From positions 2,304,001 to 2,368,000 of the forward strand of contig OY764265.1 of NCBI GenBank assembly GCA_963668355.1: a stretch of 64,000 nt of DNA, in the 5' to 3' direction. The position numbers and the translations under genes are program-made. This document shows positions 21,869 to 29,845 of this stretch, piece after piece. The stretch is from Bdellovibrionota bacterium. GTDB taxonomy: Bacteria; Bdellovibrionota_G; JALEGL01; DATDPG01. Numbering within the stretch: the first letter of the stretch is position 1; every line of letters begins with the position of its first letter. The notes under the pieces are model-generated. The model was not told where the DNA came from, did not search any database, and worked only from the letters and a program-made list of their open reading frames with translations.

Positions 21869-22348
21869 TTACCCTTGCCCTTCCACGAGACCGACATCCT
21901 TCAAAGTCGGAATATGCAGATTGCGTTCATATTTCTTGCCATGAAAGTCAAAGACCACTTTTGTGGGTTGAATGGTGAGAATTTTTGCCCCTTTTATCGA
22001 TTCACCCACCTCATGAATTTCACCATTGATCGAAACGAGCATATTTGAATCCGTTCCTAGAATTCCGTCCAAACGCAGATATGGAAATCGCACAACCTGT
22101 TTCTTCTTGCCTTTCACTTTTCCTTTTTGGGATACAGCTAAGAAATCTCCACTCAAATCAAAGGGGTCCCGACTCACTTTGACATCTACCATCTCCGGAA
22201 GCTCAATTTTTGGTAGCAAAAGCGTTTTGTTTTTTGAAGCGCGTTGAGGGAGAACACCGAATAATCCCTGCCAGCAAAGATAGGCGAGCAAAACCAATGC
22301 CCCATAGAACACGACACGGTTTCCATCAAGATCCATAAGATTCTCCAT
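21869..22348 (-). CDS. PilP/GspC-like alignment protein
   Basis: N-terminal TM; RDPF..L.L.GI..VSING..VGE pattern; between PilO and secretin. Confidence 0.6.
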   Translation of the reverse strand: MENLMDLDGNRVVFYGALVLLAYLCWQGLFGVLPQRASKNKTLLLPKIELPEMVDVKVSRDPFDLSGDFLAVSQKGKVKGKKKQVVRFPYLRLDGILGTDSNMLVSINGEIHEVGESIKGAKILTIQPTKVVFDFHGKKYERNLHIPTLKDVGLVEGQG

Positions 22349-23042
22349 TTAGACGTTGAGAGGCCAACCGCTTATTCGAGTGTTTTAAGTGCTTCGCTTG
22401 ATCTTGCTTTTTCTTGGTTTTTCTTTTTGAGTTCGTCTTGTTTTTTCCTTGGCTAGTGAGCATGGAAAGTTCGATATTGGTCACAATGCTTTCAGGCCCC
22501 CGCATGGCCCGGATTCGGCTGACCAAGATGAATGGATGTTGATGTTCCAACCACCGGATGAGTTTAAAGGTCTGCTCGAAGTCTCCCTCGACCTCCAATT
22601 GCACAATCATGGCCTTGTGCTTGTCGATTTTTGTTCTCAGAACTTTGTGTTCCAAGCTTCGAACCTTCAAGGGATTAAGTCGGGTTCCCTTTAGAATATG
22701 CTGAAGCCACCAGTTGATGTCGGCATCTGTGGAAACGATTTCGAGGTAATCCTTATAGGTGTGACGAAGTCTTTCAATGTCTTCTGTAAACGTTTTGCGT
22801 TCTTCTTGCTTTTTAAGCGCAAAGGCCGTTTCATCCGTTTTGGAACTTAAGGGAAGGAAAATGGCCAAGCTGGCAATGGCCACCAACGTGAGGACAACTG
22901 ATATCTCAAGCTGTTTTCGGTCCTGAACGACATCCATGAGCTGTTTTTTCAGGACATCAAGTTGGTTTTTCTTGGATGTTTTTTTGGCCACTTTAGGTCC
23001 TCTTTCGCTTCTTTCTTCGTGTTTTTTCCTGTAGGCAGACAA
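22326..23042 (-). CDS. PilO-like protein
   Basis: TM, coiled coil and LEVEGDFEQTFKLIRWLE pattern; operon position. Confidence 0.7.
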   Translation of the reverse strand: MSAYRKKHEERSERGPKVAKKTSKKNQLDVLKKQLMDVVQDRKQLEISVVLTLVAIASLAIFLPLSSKTDETAFALKKQEERKTFTEDIERLRHTYKDYLEIVSTDADINWWLQHILKGTRLNPLKVRSLEHKVLRTKIDKHKAMIVQLEVEGDFEQTFKLIRWLEHQHPFILVSRIRAMRGPESIVTNIELSMLTSQGKNKTNSKRKTKKKQDQAKHLKHSNKRLASQRLNGESYGS

Positions 23043-24459
23043 TCGTGAAAAAGGCTAAATCGTCTCGTCCCTCCTTTTTCCAAATGACATTGTCCAATCG
23101 GATAATTGGGAAGTCTCTTTGCATCATTTCAGAGGATTTGAATGCGTTGAGTGTGATGTCAATCTCCCGAGGAGTTGTTACACCATTCGGGAAGTAAGCG
23201 GATCCGCGAATGAGAAGGTACTGGTATCCAAGTTTGGTTTTGGCTCCCTTAACCAGAACGCGATTTGCGGCTTCGATGTTGGTTACGCGCGTATTTTTGG
23301 GCAAAATTCGCATAATTTCCTCAAAATAGGGCGTCCAGAGAATGCGACTGGAAAGAAATTCCGCCATGCCATCGGCATGTTTTTCCAGGTTTTTCTTTTC
23401 CTTTTCCAATTTGCTATTTTTTAAGCCAACGGCCCAAACGGTTTCGGCATTTTGTTTTTGTAATGATGTCAACCGTTGTTCCACTGAAAGCAGGCGGTTA
23501 CCCATCACAAGCCCGAGAAAGAGCACGAGTGTTCCGAGCATGAGGGCCTTCTGTTTTGGGAAAATGGACTTCCATGAGACCGGATTTTGAAATTTTCTGG
23601 CTAAGTTGAGACTTTCGTCAGGGGGAAGCTGACATCCCAAAGCCGATCCGAAGGCAACATAGGCATCGTCTTCCATTTTGGTTTCTTTGCACTTAACGTC
23701 CACTTCTACCAATTTGAGGAAGTCAGTTTCAAAGGTTTCCAAGGATTCTTTTCCAAAAAAATGTACGACCGAAACATCGGGCAAGTTGAAGGTCCGTGTG
23801 GCCTGGTTTGAAAGCATTCGAAACACCGAGTGGAAGTGTTTTGGATTTGGACTTCTAGATTTTGAATGGAAAGTGTGAGAGACAAAGGGCACTTTCCCAA
23901 AGCATAGGATCGCGACATGTTGATGACTTCGGACGAAGAAACGAATTTCGGTTAGGGGTTTTAGGAGGGAGGGTCGAAGTTGAAGGTGACTGGCTCTTAA
24001 GAGGGCCATGGATTCTGTTTCAACGCGTTTGAGTTGATTCCGAGACTGTCCCCATGGAGAAAGAAGCATTTCCAAAAGATCTTTTGGTGCCGCCCCCACG
24101 TTTACGAAGCGCTTCGTGCCGCATTTTCGATCTAACCAATCCGTTCCCAATTTTTCTCCAAAGGAGATTCCCGACTTAAAGCCTCCTTCGATCGAACTGG
24201 GTTTAATCTTTCCTTCTTTGGGACCTTCTTTCGTGAAGAAGAAACATCGTTCGTTGGACAATCCGAGAACCATTTCGGCTTTGGGATTCTTCTGGACAAT
24301 TTCTTCGAGGGTTTCGAGGACGGTTTCCATTTGGAAAGGGAAGCTCTCGTGGCTCTTAATTCGGGGGCGCCCCGGTCCCTTCGTTAAGAGAACGGTGGTG
24401 ATGTGATCAGTTCCTAAAAAAACTCCCATTTGGTGTGTTTTTGATCGGGCCATCGACAA
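22993..24459 (-). CDS. PilM-PilN (GspL-like) fusion protein
   Basis: About 300 aa cytoplasmic PilM-like region, one TM, coiled coil, then PilN-like RILW..ILPKNTRVT. Confidence 0.65.
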   Translation of the reverse strand: MSMARSKTHQMGVFLGTDHITTVLLTKGPGRPRIKSHESFPFQMETVLETLEEIVQKNPKAEMVLGLSNERCFFFTKEGPKEGKIKPSSIEGGFKSGISFGEKLGTDWLDRKCGTKRFVNVGAAPKDLLEMLLSPWGQSRNQLKRVETESMALLRASHLQLRPSLLKPLTEIRFFVRSHQHVAILCFGKVPFVSHTFHSKSRSPNPKHFHSVFRMLSNQATRTFNLPDVSVVHFFGKESLETFETDFLKLVEVDVKCKETKMEDDAYVAFGSALGCQLPPDESLNLARKFQNPVSWKSIFPKQKALMLGTLVLFLGLVMGNRLLSVEQRLTSLQKQNAETVWAVGLKNSKLEKEKKNLEKHADGMAEFLSSRILWTPYFEEIMRILPKNTRVTNIEAANRVLVKGAKTKLGYQYLLIRGSAYFPNGVTTPREIDITLNAFKSSEMMQRDFPIIRLDNVIWKKEGRDDLAFFTIVCLQEKTRRKKRKRT

Positions 24460-24831
24460 CTACCTTAAAAACCTTTCACATGGATTTAGGTTGGGATGAT
24501 TTGATCCTTTCTTTTTGACCTTAAGGCGCCAGTGTTGCTTTCCGTGAGGTGTGACTTTTACGTCGAACCAGGATGGTTCCTGATCTAATTCAAGGTTTAA
24601 GCTGCAGCTAAAGGTGGGAGATGTCGGTGAGCCACATGCAACAAGCTGTTTGGCTTGAGTCAGAACGATTTGTGTGTTTTCGGTCTCTTTTGTGTTTGTC
24701 GCTGCTTGTTTTTCAAGGTCAATGAGAACCGAAAAGCGTTCATGAAGAATGGGTAAGGATGCCGAGATGACACATAAAAACAAGGCCATGCAAACCAAAG
24801 CGTAACCTCGATGTGAGTGGGGGAAACTCAT
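24460..24831 (-). CDS. PilX/GspK-like minor pilin
   Basis: RG|YALVC class III-like signal lacking Glu+5. Confidence 0.55.
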   Translation of the reverse strand: MSFPHSHRGYALVCMALFLCVISASLPILHERFSVLIDLEKQAATNTKETENTQIVLTQAKQLVACGSPTSPTFSCSLNLELDQEPSWFDVKVTPHGKQHWRLKVKKKGSNHPNLNPCERFLR

Positions 24832-25427
24832 TTTTGGCCTTTCTTTCGATTTCCCTGAGAGTTTTGATGTTTTTTGGTTTTCTGTTTTTTCTCCGGTTTT
24901 TCCTTTTTGCCTTTTCTCCTTTTTTTCGCCTTTAAGGGCTCTGTTAGGTTTGAAGTAATATAAATGATGGGAAATTCAACTGAATCCTTTAGTTCTCCGG
25001 CCGCAAGATCAAAGACGAAGCTGAATGAGTCATTTTTGTTGCACTTGCCAAAAAATCCCGTAACGCCTTTGGCGATGACCACATCGACTCCTGAGCTTGG
25101 CACTCTCCAGAGCATTTCATCAACAACTCGATATTTGACCACGTGTTCAAACTTTCCTTTTTCTTTTCCCATTAAAAGGTCAAGCTCATTTTCAGAAACC
25201 TCTAGAAGGGCGAGGGCATTTGAAATGTCTTGTGCTAGGGCCGTGTGAATCAAACGAGCCTCTCTCATGAGAACCAGTTTCTCTTCATAAGCTCGAGATT
25301 GCTTTGCGTAGGAGGAGGTTAGGGCCATCATGGAGGATAGGAGGAGAACAAAGATGAATCCTGAAACGACCAATTCAAGCAGAGAGAACCCTTGCTCGTG
25401 GGCCACTTTTTGACTTTGTGTCCTCAT
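24828..25427 (-). CDS. PilW/GspJ-like minor pilin
   Basis: QG|FSLLELVV prepilin motif. Confidence 0.8.
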   Translation of the reverse strand: MRTQSQKVAHEQGFSLLELVVSGFIFVLLLSSMMALTSSYAKQSRAYEEKLVLMREARLIHTALAQDISNALALLEVSENELDLLMGKEKGKFEHVVKYRVVDEMLWRVPSSGVDVVIAKGVTGFFGKCNKNDSFSFVFDLAAGELKDSVEFPIIYITSNLTEPLKAKKRRKGKKEKPEKKQKTKKHQNSQGNRKKGQK

Positions 25428-25435
25428 GATGTCAC

Positions 25436-25744
25436 CTAAAAATTCCGCGCGACTAGCGCCTCAATTCCTCCTTCGTTTTCTTGCCATTCGACAATCGTAG
25501 ACGGGTATTCACAAGGAAGATCGTCTACGCCCGACGAATTGCAAAAAAGAATGGGTGAGTGGATGAAAAAATGCTCCTCTTGGTATTTCTGTAGTGCCCT
25601 TATTTGCTTATTCGTGGAGAGCAATTTGTGCCCCATGTTTACGATCGCAAAACAGGCTAGAACCACCGCAACCTGAAGCTCAATGAAGGACGAAGCTCGC
25701 TCGCTTTTTCCTTTTTTCTTTGAGCTCATGGCTCTTCCGATCAC
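25436..25744 (-). CDS. Degenerate minor pilin (PilV/GspI-like); true start may be ATG 25729
   Basis: Basic leader then RA|SSFIELQVAVVLA with Glu+5 and a hydrophobic helix. Confidence 0.55.
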   Translation of the reverse strand: MIGRAMSSKKKGKSERASSFIELQVAVVLACFAIVNMGHKLLSTNKQIRALQKYQEEHFFIHSPILFCNSSGVDDLPCEYPSTIVEWQENEGGIEALVARNF

Positions 25745-25899
25745 CCAAGATAGTCAAGCGTGGTGAGCACTTTTCCGATGTGGGCGTGTGTTCCAGAACT
25801 TTGAATGCGAGCTGCCGAGAGGGACGTGAGGACGGCGAGTGCTCCCATAACAAAGAGGAATACAGTCCATTTTTGCTTTCGATTGAGATGTACTTTCAT
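25741..25899 (-). CDS. Small single-TM hypothetical protein (52 aa)
   Basis: MKVHLNRKQKWTVFLFVMGALAVLTSLSAA..; co-oriented within the pilus operon. Confidence 0.45.
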   Translation of the reverse strand: MKVHLNRKQKWTVFLFVMGALAVLTSLSAARIQSSGTHAHIGKVLTTLDYLG

Positions 25900-25993
25900 C
25901 TTTTTTTCCTTTCTTGCGCGAAGGGTGCAAAAGGGGCTGATCGAAGTGATGCAGCCCCTTTTGTCTTGGTCTTTCGCATATTCCCACAAGGAG

Positions 25994-26428
25994 TTAGCTC
26001 GCCATCGGATTAATGGCGGCCAAATCGGAGATGGTACTATCATCAGAGATGAAACCATCTTGTCCGAATGTAACGGTATAGTCTCCGTAACCGGCCGAAG
26101 CCCCTTTACGCGTGAGGGTTAGCTTCCAGGAGTCCTCCAGGGATCCTGTTTCACCCGGTTCAATTTCGCCGGTGCTAAAATATTTCGACTCGGCCATCTG
26201 GATGTCCAGGTTGGTTAAGTCTTCCGCATAGGTGCCTTGTCGAGATTGATAACGTTCTTGAGAAGCTCGAACCGAACTTAAGAAGTTATATGCTTCAGAT
26301 GCCTTGGAACGTTCAACGGAATCCCGGAATTTCGGGACAGCAAACGCGGCCAAGACGCCAATGATTACGATAACAACAGCCAATTCCACGAGAGAGAATC
26401 CACTGTCTTTTTTGATGAGTTTTTTCAT
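25994..26428 (-). CDS. Major type IV pilin / pseudopilin
   Basis: SG|FSLVELAVVIVIIGVLAAFAVPKF; GGAG RBS; first gene after a sigma54 promoter. Confidence 0.92.
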   Translation of the reverse strand: MKKLIKKDSGFSLVELAVVIVIIGVLAAFAVPKFRDSVERSKASEAYNFLSSVRASQERYQSRQGTYAEDLTNLDIQMAESKYFSTGEIEPGETGSLEDSWKLTLTRKGASAGYGDYTVTFGQDGFISDDSTISDLAAINPMAS

Positions 26429-26478
26429 TTTTTTCCTCCGGAATAATCCGATGAATGTTTAACTTGAATGCACTCAAT

Positions 26479-26495
26479 AGCAGCGAGTGTGCCAA
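26479..26495 (-). promoter_or_regulatory. sigma54 -24/-12 promoter of the pilus operon
   Basis: Minus strand TTGGCACACTCGCTGCT (GG-N10-GC). Confidence 0.8.
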
Positions 26496-26628
26496 AATGT
26501 TCTGAACGGAGATTTGGGGGGGGGCGGCGGATAACCCCTGTTTTTATTAGGTGCTGGGGGCGTGTAGGGGAGGAGGCCTTGATTGCATGCCCTCCGATTT
26601 CGATTCCGATCGCCAAAACGATAAAAAA

Positions 26629-26667
26629 TGTCTCATTCTGTTCTATTTTATGGAACACAACGAGACA
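26629..26667. promoter_or_regulatory. Inverted repeat, candidate enhancer (UAS) for the divergent EBP
   Basis: TGTCTCATTCTGTTC-N9-GAACACAACGAGACA (13/15 complementary), about 135-170 bp upstream of the sigma54 site. Confidence 0.6.
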
Positions 26668-26772
26668 CATCGTAACTATCTGAATATATTGGTAAAAACT
26701 CTAAGTGCTGTTTTGAAGTGTTCTGTTGTGTTCAAATTTGTTACACTTAAGCGATCAAATCGGATTCAACCC

Positions 26773-28125
26773 ATGTCGCCAGATATTTTAATCATTGATG
26801 ATGAACCTTCCTTCGCCAAGTCTCTAAAGCGATGGTTAGAGAGTAAAGATTATGAAATCGCAATGGCTCATACGGCGACCGAGGGCATCCTGGCCGCCAA
26901 GGAGAACCCTCCGAAAGTCATCCTGCTGGATGTGAATCTGCCGGATCGATCCGGGGTTTCCATTGTTCAGGATCTAAAAAGCATTGATGAAGACATCGGC
27001 ATCTTGATGGTCAGTGCCTCTGGAGACACGAATGATGTGGTTTCCTCCATCAAATACGGTGCATCGGATTACATTCCCAAACCTCCAGACCATGTGCATC
27101 TTGCTGAAAAAATTTCGAATTTATTGGAAATGCATCGTCAAAAAAAGACCAAGCGGCAGTTGGATCAGGAGCGTTCCTTTGGGTCGATCATTGGAAATAG
27201 CCCCAAGATCGGACAATTGATTTCAGCCATTAGCCGCGTAGCGACCTCCTCGGCTACGGTTTTGTTACGCGGGGAAAGTGGAACGGGAAAGAACTTAATC
27301 GCAAAACTCATTCATGAACATGGATCCAGGAAAAGCGGACCTTTTGTCACGATTAATTGTGCTGCGATTCCAGATACACTTTTGGAAAGTGAATTGTTCG
27401 GACACGAGAAAGGTGCTTTTACAGGGGCGGTGCAAGCCAAGCCTGGAAAATTTGAGTTGGCGCATGAGGGAACCATTTTTTTGGATGAAATCGGGGAGTT
27501 GGCGCATCATCTTCAAGCAAAACTCCTCAGGGTTCTACAGGGACAAGAGTTCGAGCGTGTTGGGGGGGTTCGTACCAAAAAGGTGGATGTTCGAATCATC
27601 ACGGCCACGAATCGAAATCTCGAACAGGCGATCCAAGACCGGAGATTTAGAGAAGATTTATTCTTTCGTTTGAATGTTTTACCCATCGTGATTCCCCCTC
27701 TTCGGGAAAGGAAAGATGACATTCCTTTGTTGGCTGAAAGCTTCATTCAAGAATATGCCCAACGAGAAAATAAAGAATTCAATCCTTTGAGTCTCGAAAT
27801 CTTAAGTCTTTTAAAAGATTATGATTGGCCGGGAAATATACGAGAATTGCAGAACATCATTGAGCGAGCAGTGGTTCTCGGTCGCCAACCGGATTTGAAA
27901 AGAGCGGATTTTGCGCTTGGAACGATGGAATCGTTTTCTTCGGACCCTGTGGCTGAATCTCCCACATCGGTTTCTTCTCTAAAAGATTTGGAATTCCAAT
28001 CCCTTATGAAGGCTCTTCAAAATTCGAAGGGCAATATTCAGAAGGCCGCCAATGAATTGGGCATTAGCCGGGGTACCATATATCGGCGTCTTCGGAAGTA
28101 CAACGTCGACCCTCGCAAGTCTTAG
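26773..28125 (+). CDS. NtrC/PilR-family sigma54-dependent response regulator (REC-AAA+-HTH)
   Basis: REC, GESGTGK, GAFTGA, FLDEIGE, WPGNIREL, Fis-type HTH; start refined to ATG 26773. Confidence 0.95.
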   Translation: MSPDILIIDDEPSFAKSLKRWLESKDYEIAMAHTATEGILAAKENPPKVILLDVNLPDRSGVSIVQDLKSIDEDIGILMVSASGDTNDVVSSIKYGASDYIPKPPDHVHLAEKISNLLEMHRQKKTKRQLDQERSFGSIIGNSPKIGQLISAISRVATSSATVLLRGESGTGKNLIAKLIHEHGSRKSGPFVTINCAAIPDTLLESELFGHEKGAFTGAVQAKPGKFELAHEGTIFLDEIGELAHHLQAKLLRVLQGQEFERVGGVRTKKVDVRIITATNRNLEQAIQDRRFREDLFFRLNVLPIVIPPLRERKDDIPLLAESFIQEYAQRENKEFNPLSLEILSLLKDYDWPGNIRELQNIIERAVVLGRQPDLKRADFALGTMESFSSDPVAESPTSVSSLKDLEFQSLMKALQNSKGNIQKAANELGISRGTIYRRLRKYNVDPRKS

Positions 28126-28148
28126 ATTTCTCCTCCTGTTTCTGCCCT

Positions 28149-28165
28149 CTGGCCCGATGTTTGCT
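28149..28165 (+). promoter_or_regulatory. sigma54 -24/-12 promoter
   Basis: CTGGCCCGATGTTTGCT (GG-N10-GC) upstream of the PilZ-REC gene. Confidence 0.65.
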
Positions 28166-28183
28166 ACAAATTTCTAAAAATTA

Positions 28184-28912
28184 ATGTTCAAGCGGATTTG
28201 TGTTTCGAATGGAGTTGGATTGATGAAGATGTGCAAAAAATTGGATGCAAGTGCACTGGTTTGGCCCTGTGGATTGCATCGAGATCCTAAAGAATATTCA
28301 ATTGTTAGTTTATCAACGGAGGGAGTGACGATCCTTGGGGGGGCATGTTTCCCTAGAAGACAAAATTTACTGTTACGCATCAAGTTGCCCCTTAGGCCCA
28401 CCAGAAAAGTGAATGCGGTGGTGGTGAACCGATTCAACATCAATTCGGAGTCTCAACTGATCCGTGTTCGTTTCCGTGAGATGGATGAAGAAACCCGAGA
28501 ATTGATTCTCAAGCATGTTGAAGCGAAAAGCAAAGAGGTGGAAAAACATGGAGCCATTCTCATTCTGGATGATTCCATTCAAATTTGCCGGGTACTTGAA
28601 GCCCAGATTGCGTCCATGGGAAAAGAAGTGTTTTCTTCAACCGACTGCGATGAGGCTTTAAAAAGATTAGGTGCGTGCAATGTTCATCTTGCGATTGTGG
28701 ACCTGGTTCTGGGAGATCAACAAAGTGGGATAAATATATTGAAGACCTTGGCCCACTTTTTCCCCGATGTCACGAGGGTGCTCATGTCAGGCTATGTCAA
28801 TCCAAAGTCGATTCAGGAAAGGTACAAATCGGGACTGGTGCAAGAGTCCTTGGCGAAACCCTGGGAATTCGAAGATGTTCATCAATTGCTTATGGAAAAG
28901 AGTGCGGCGTAA
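28184..28912 (+). CDS. Degenerate PilZ-like domain plus REC protein (start uncertain)
   Basis: SLSTEG..LRIKLP..VNAVVV..VRFREM PilZ-like pattern; REC ILILDD..AIVDL..LMSG..AKPW. Confidence 0.7.
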   Translation: MFKRICVSNGVGLMKMCKKLDASALVWPCGLHRDPKEYSIVSLSTEGVTILGGACFPRRQNLLLRIKLPLRPTRKVNAVVVNRFNINSESQLIRVRFREMDEETRELILKHVEAKSKEVEKHGAILILDDSIQICRVLEAQIASMGKEVFSSTDCDEALKRLGACNVHLAIVDLVLGDQQSGINILKTLAHFFPDVTRVLMSGYVNPKSIQERYKSGLVQESLAKPWEFEDVHQLLMEKSAA

Positions 28913-28952
28913 TCTTTTTCGCGCGAAAATTGTGGAATGAGGAAGCTTTCCA

Positions 28953-29333
28953 ATGAAAATGAAATTACTCGCGATTGATGATGAACCGTCCATTCTCCGT
29001 ATACTGTCACTCACCTTAAAAGAACATTTTGATGTGACGACCGCGTCCTCGGCTGTGGAAGGGTTGAAGCTAATGGAGGAGGTGTCTTTCGATATCATTC
29101 TTACGGATGAGCAGATGCCGGAAATGAACGGTAGTGAGATGATCAAGCTCCTTCGGAAAAGAGGCGATCGGATTCCATGTGTTCTCCTCACCGGGTTTTT
29201 GCCTCCCATCGAGGCTCGAAAGCAGCATTTGAATCAAGATTTGGTGTTTATCTTTCGAAAACCATGGGAAGCCCAAGAGTTGATCGACGCCCTTTCCGAA
29301 GCGTGTTGGATGTCCAAGATCAAAGATGCCTAA
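28953..29333 (+). CDS. Single-domain response regulator
   Basis: AIDDE, ILTDEQMP, LLTG and KPW motifs. Confidence 0.9.
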   Translation: MKMKLLAIDDEPSILRILSLTLKEHFDVTTASSAVEGLKLMEEVSFDIILTDEQMPEMNGSEMIKLLRKRGDRIPCVLLTGFLPPIEARKQHLNQDLVFIFRKPWEAQELIDALSEACWMSKIKDA

Positions 29334-29678
29334 GGGCGTTGTTGAATAACTAAAGGTTTAGGGGGAGCTCGGAAGCGTTTCGTTTTCTTCGTCGAATGGC
29401 TCCCGCGACTTCAGAGGTATTTTCAGAATTTTCAGGAGTTTGCTGGGGGGAAGGTGAAAAGGAAATCTTCTGGCTCCGCTTAATTTCTCCTCCCGAAAAC
29501 AAAACGCTTCCGCCCCTTAGGCAATTGGAAAGTGGTTTTAAGGTGGAGGGAAATTAAGCGGAAACAGGTCAAATCCAAACTTCCCGGCCCTTCATGTTGA
29601 GCCATTCCCGGAACCTTTAAGCCACTTTCCCGCCACCTTCTTACTTCTGCGGATATTCTAAGTGATTCAACAGCGCCT
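29334..29678. mobile_element. MITE-like non-coding element with TIRs and extensive internal complementarity
   Basis: GGCGTTGTTGAATAACT (29335-51) vs reverse complement of 29661-77 GGCGCTGTTGAATCACT, 15/17; TAA at 29331-33 and 29679-81; no ORF of 60 aa or more. Confidence 0.65.
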
Positions 29679-29845
29679 TAAGAGGATTCAGGCCCCCCTG
29701 GGATGCCCGTAAAAAAGTGTTCGCCATGTAAAACCGAATTTTATATGTTGAAAGCTGACCATGTCCGTTTTCGCACAACATTTATGGATAGATTCTCAGA
29801 GCCTTTTTAGACGTTCAAAGGGAAGAAAACCATTGGGCACTTAAT

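Noticed and set aside
26551..26772. Long N-terminal extensions given by the ORF track (also for ORFs at 31457, 33082, 42272, 46611, 50468, 56770)
   Set aside because: They run over promoters, terminators or neighbouring genes; downstream ATGs fit domain starts and RBSs better
29334..29678. tmRNA, RNase P RNA or hammerhead ribozyme as the identity of the structured element
   Set aside because: No tRNA-like T-arm/CCA end, no GAGGAAAGUCC motif, no CUGANGA core seen on either strand
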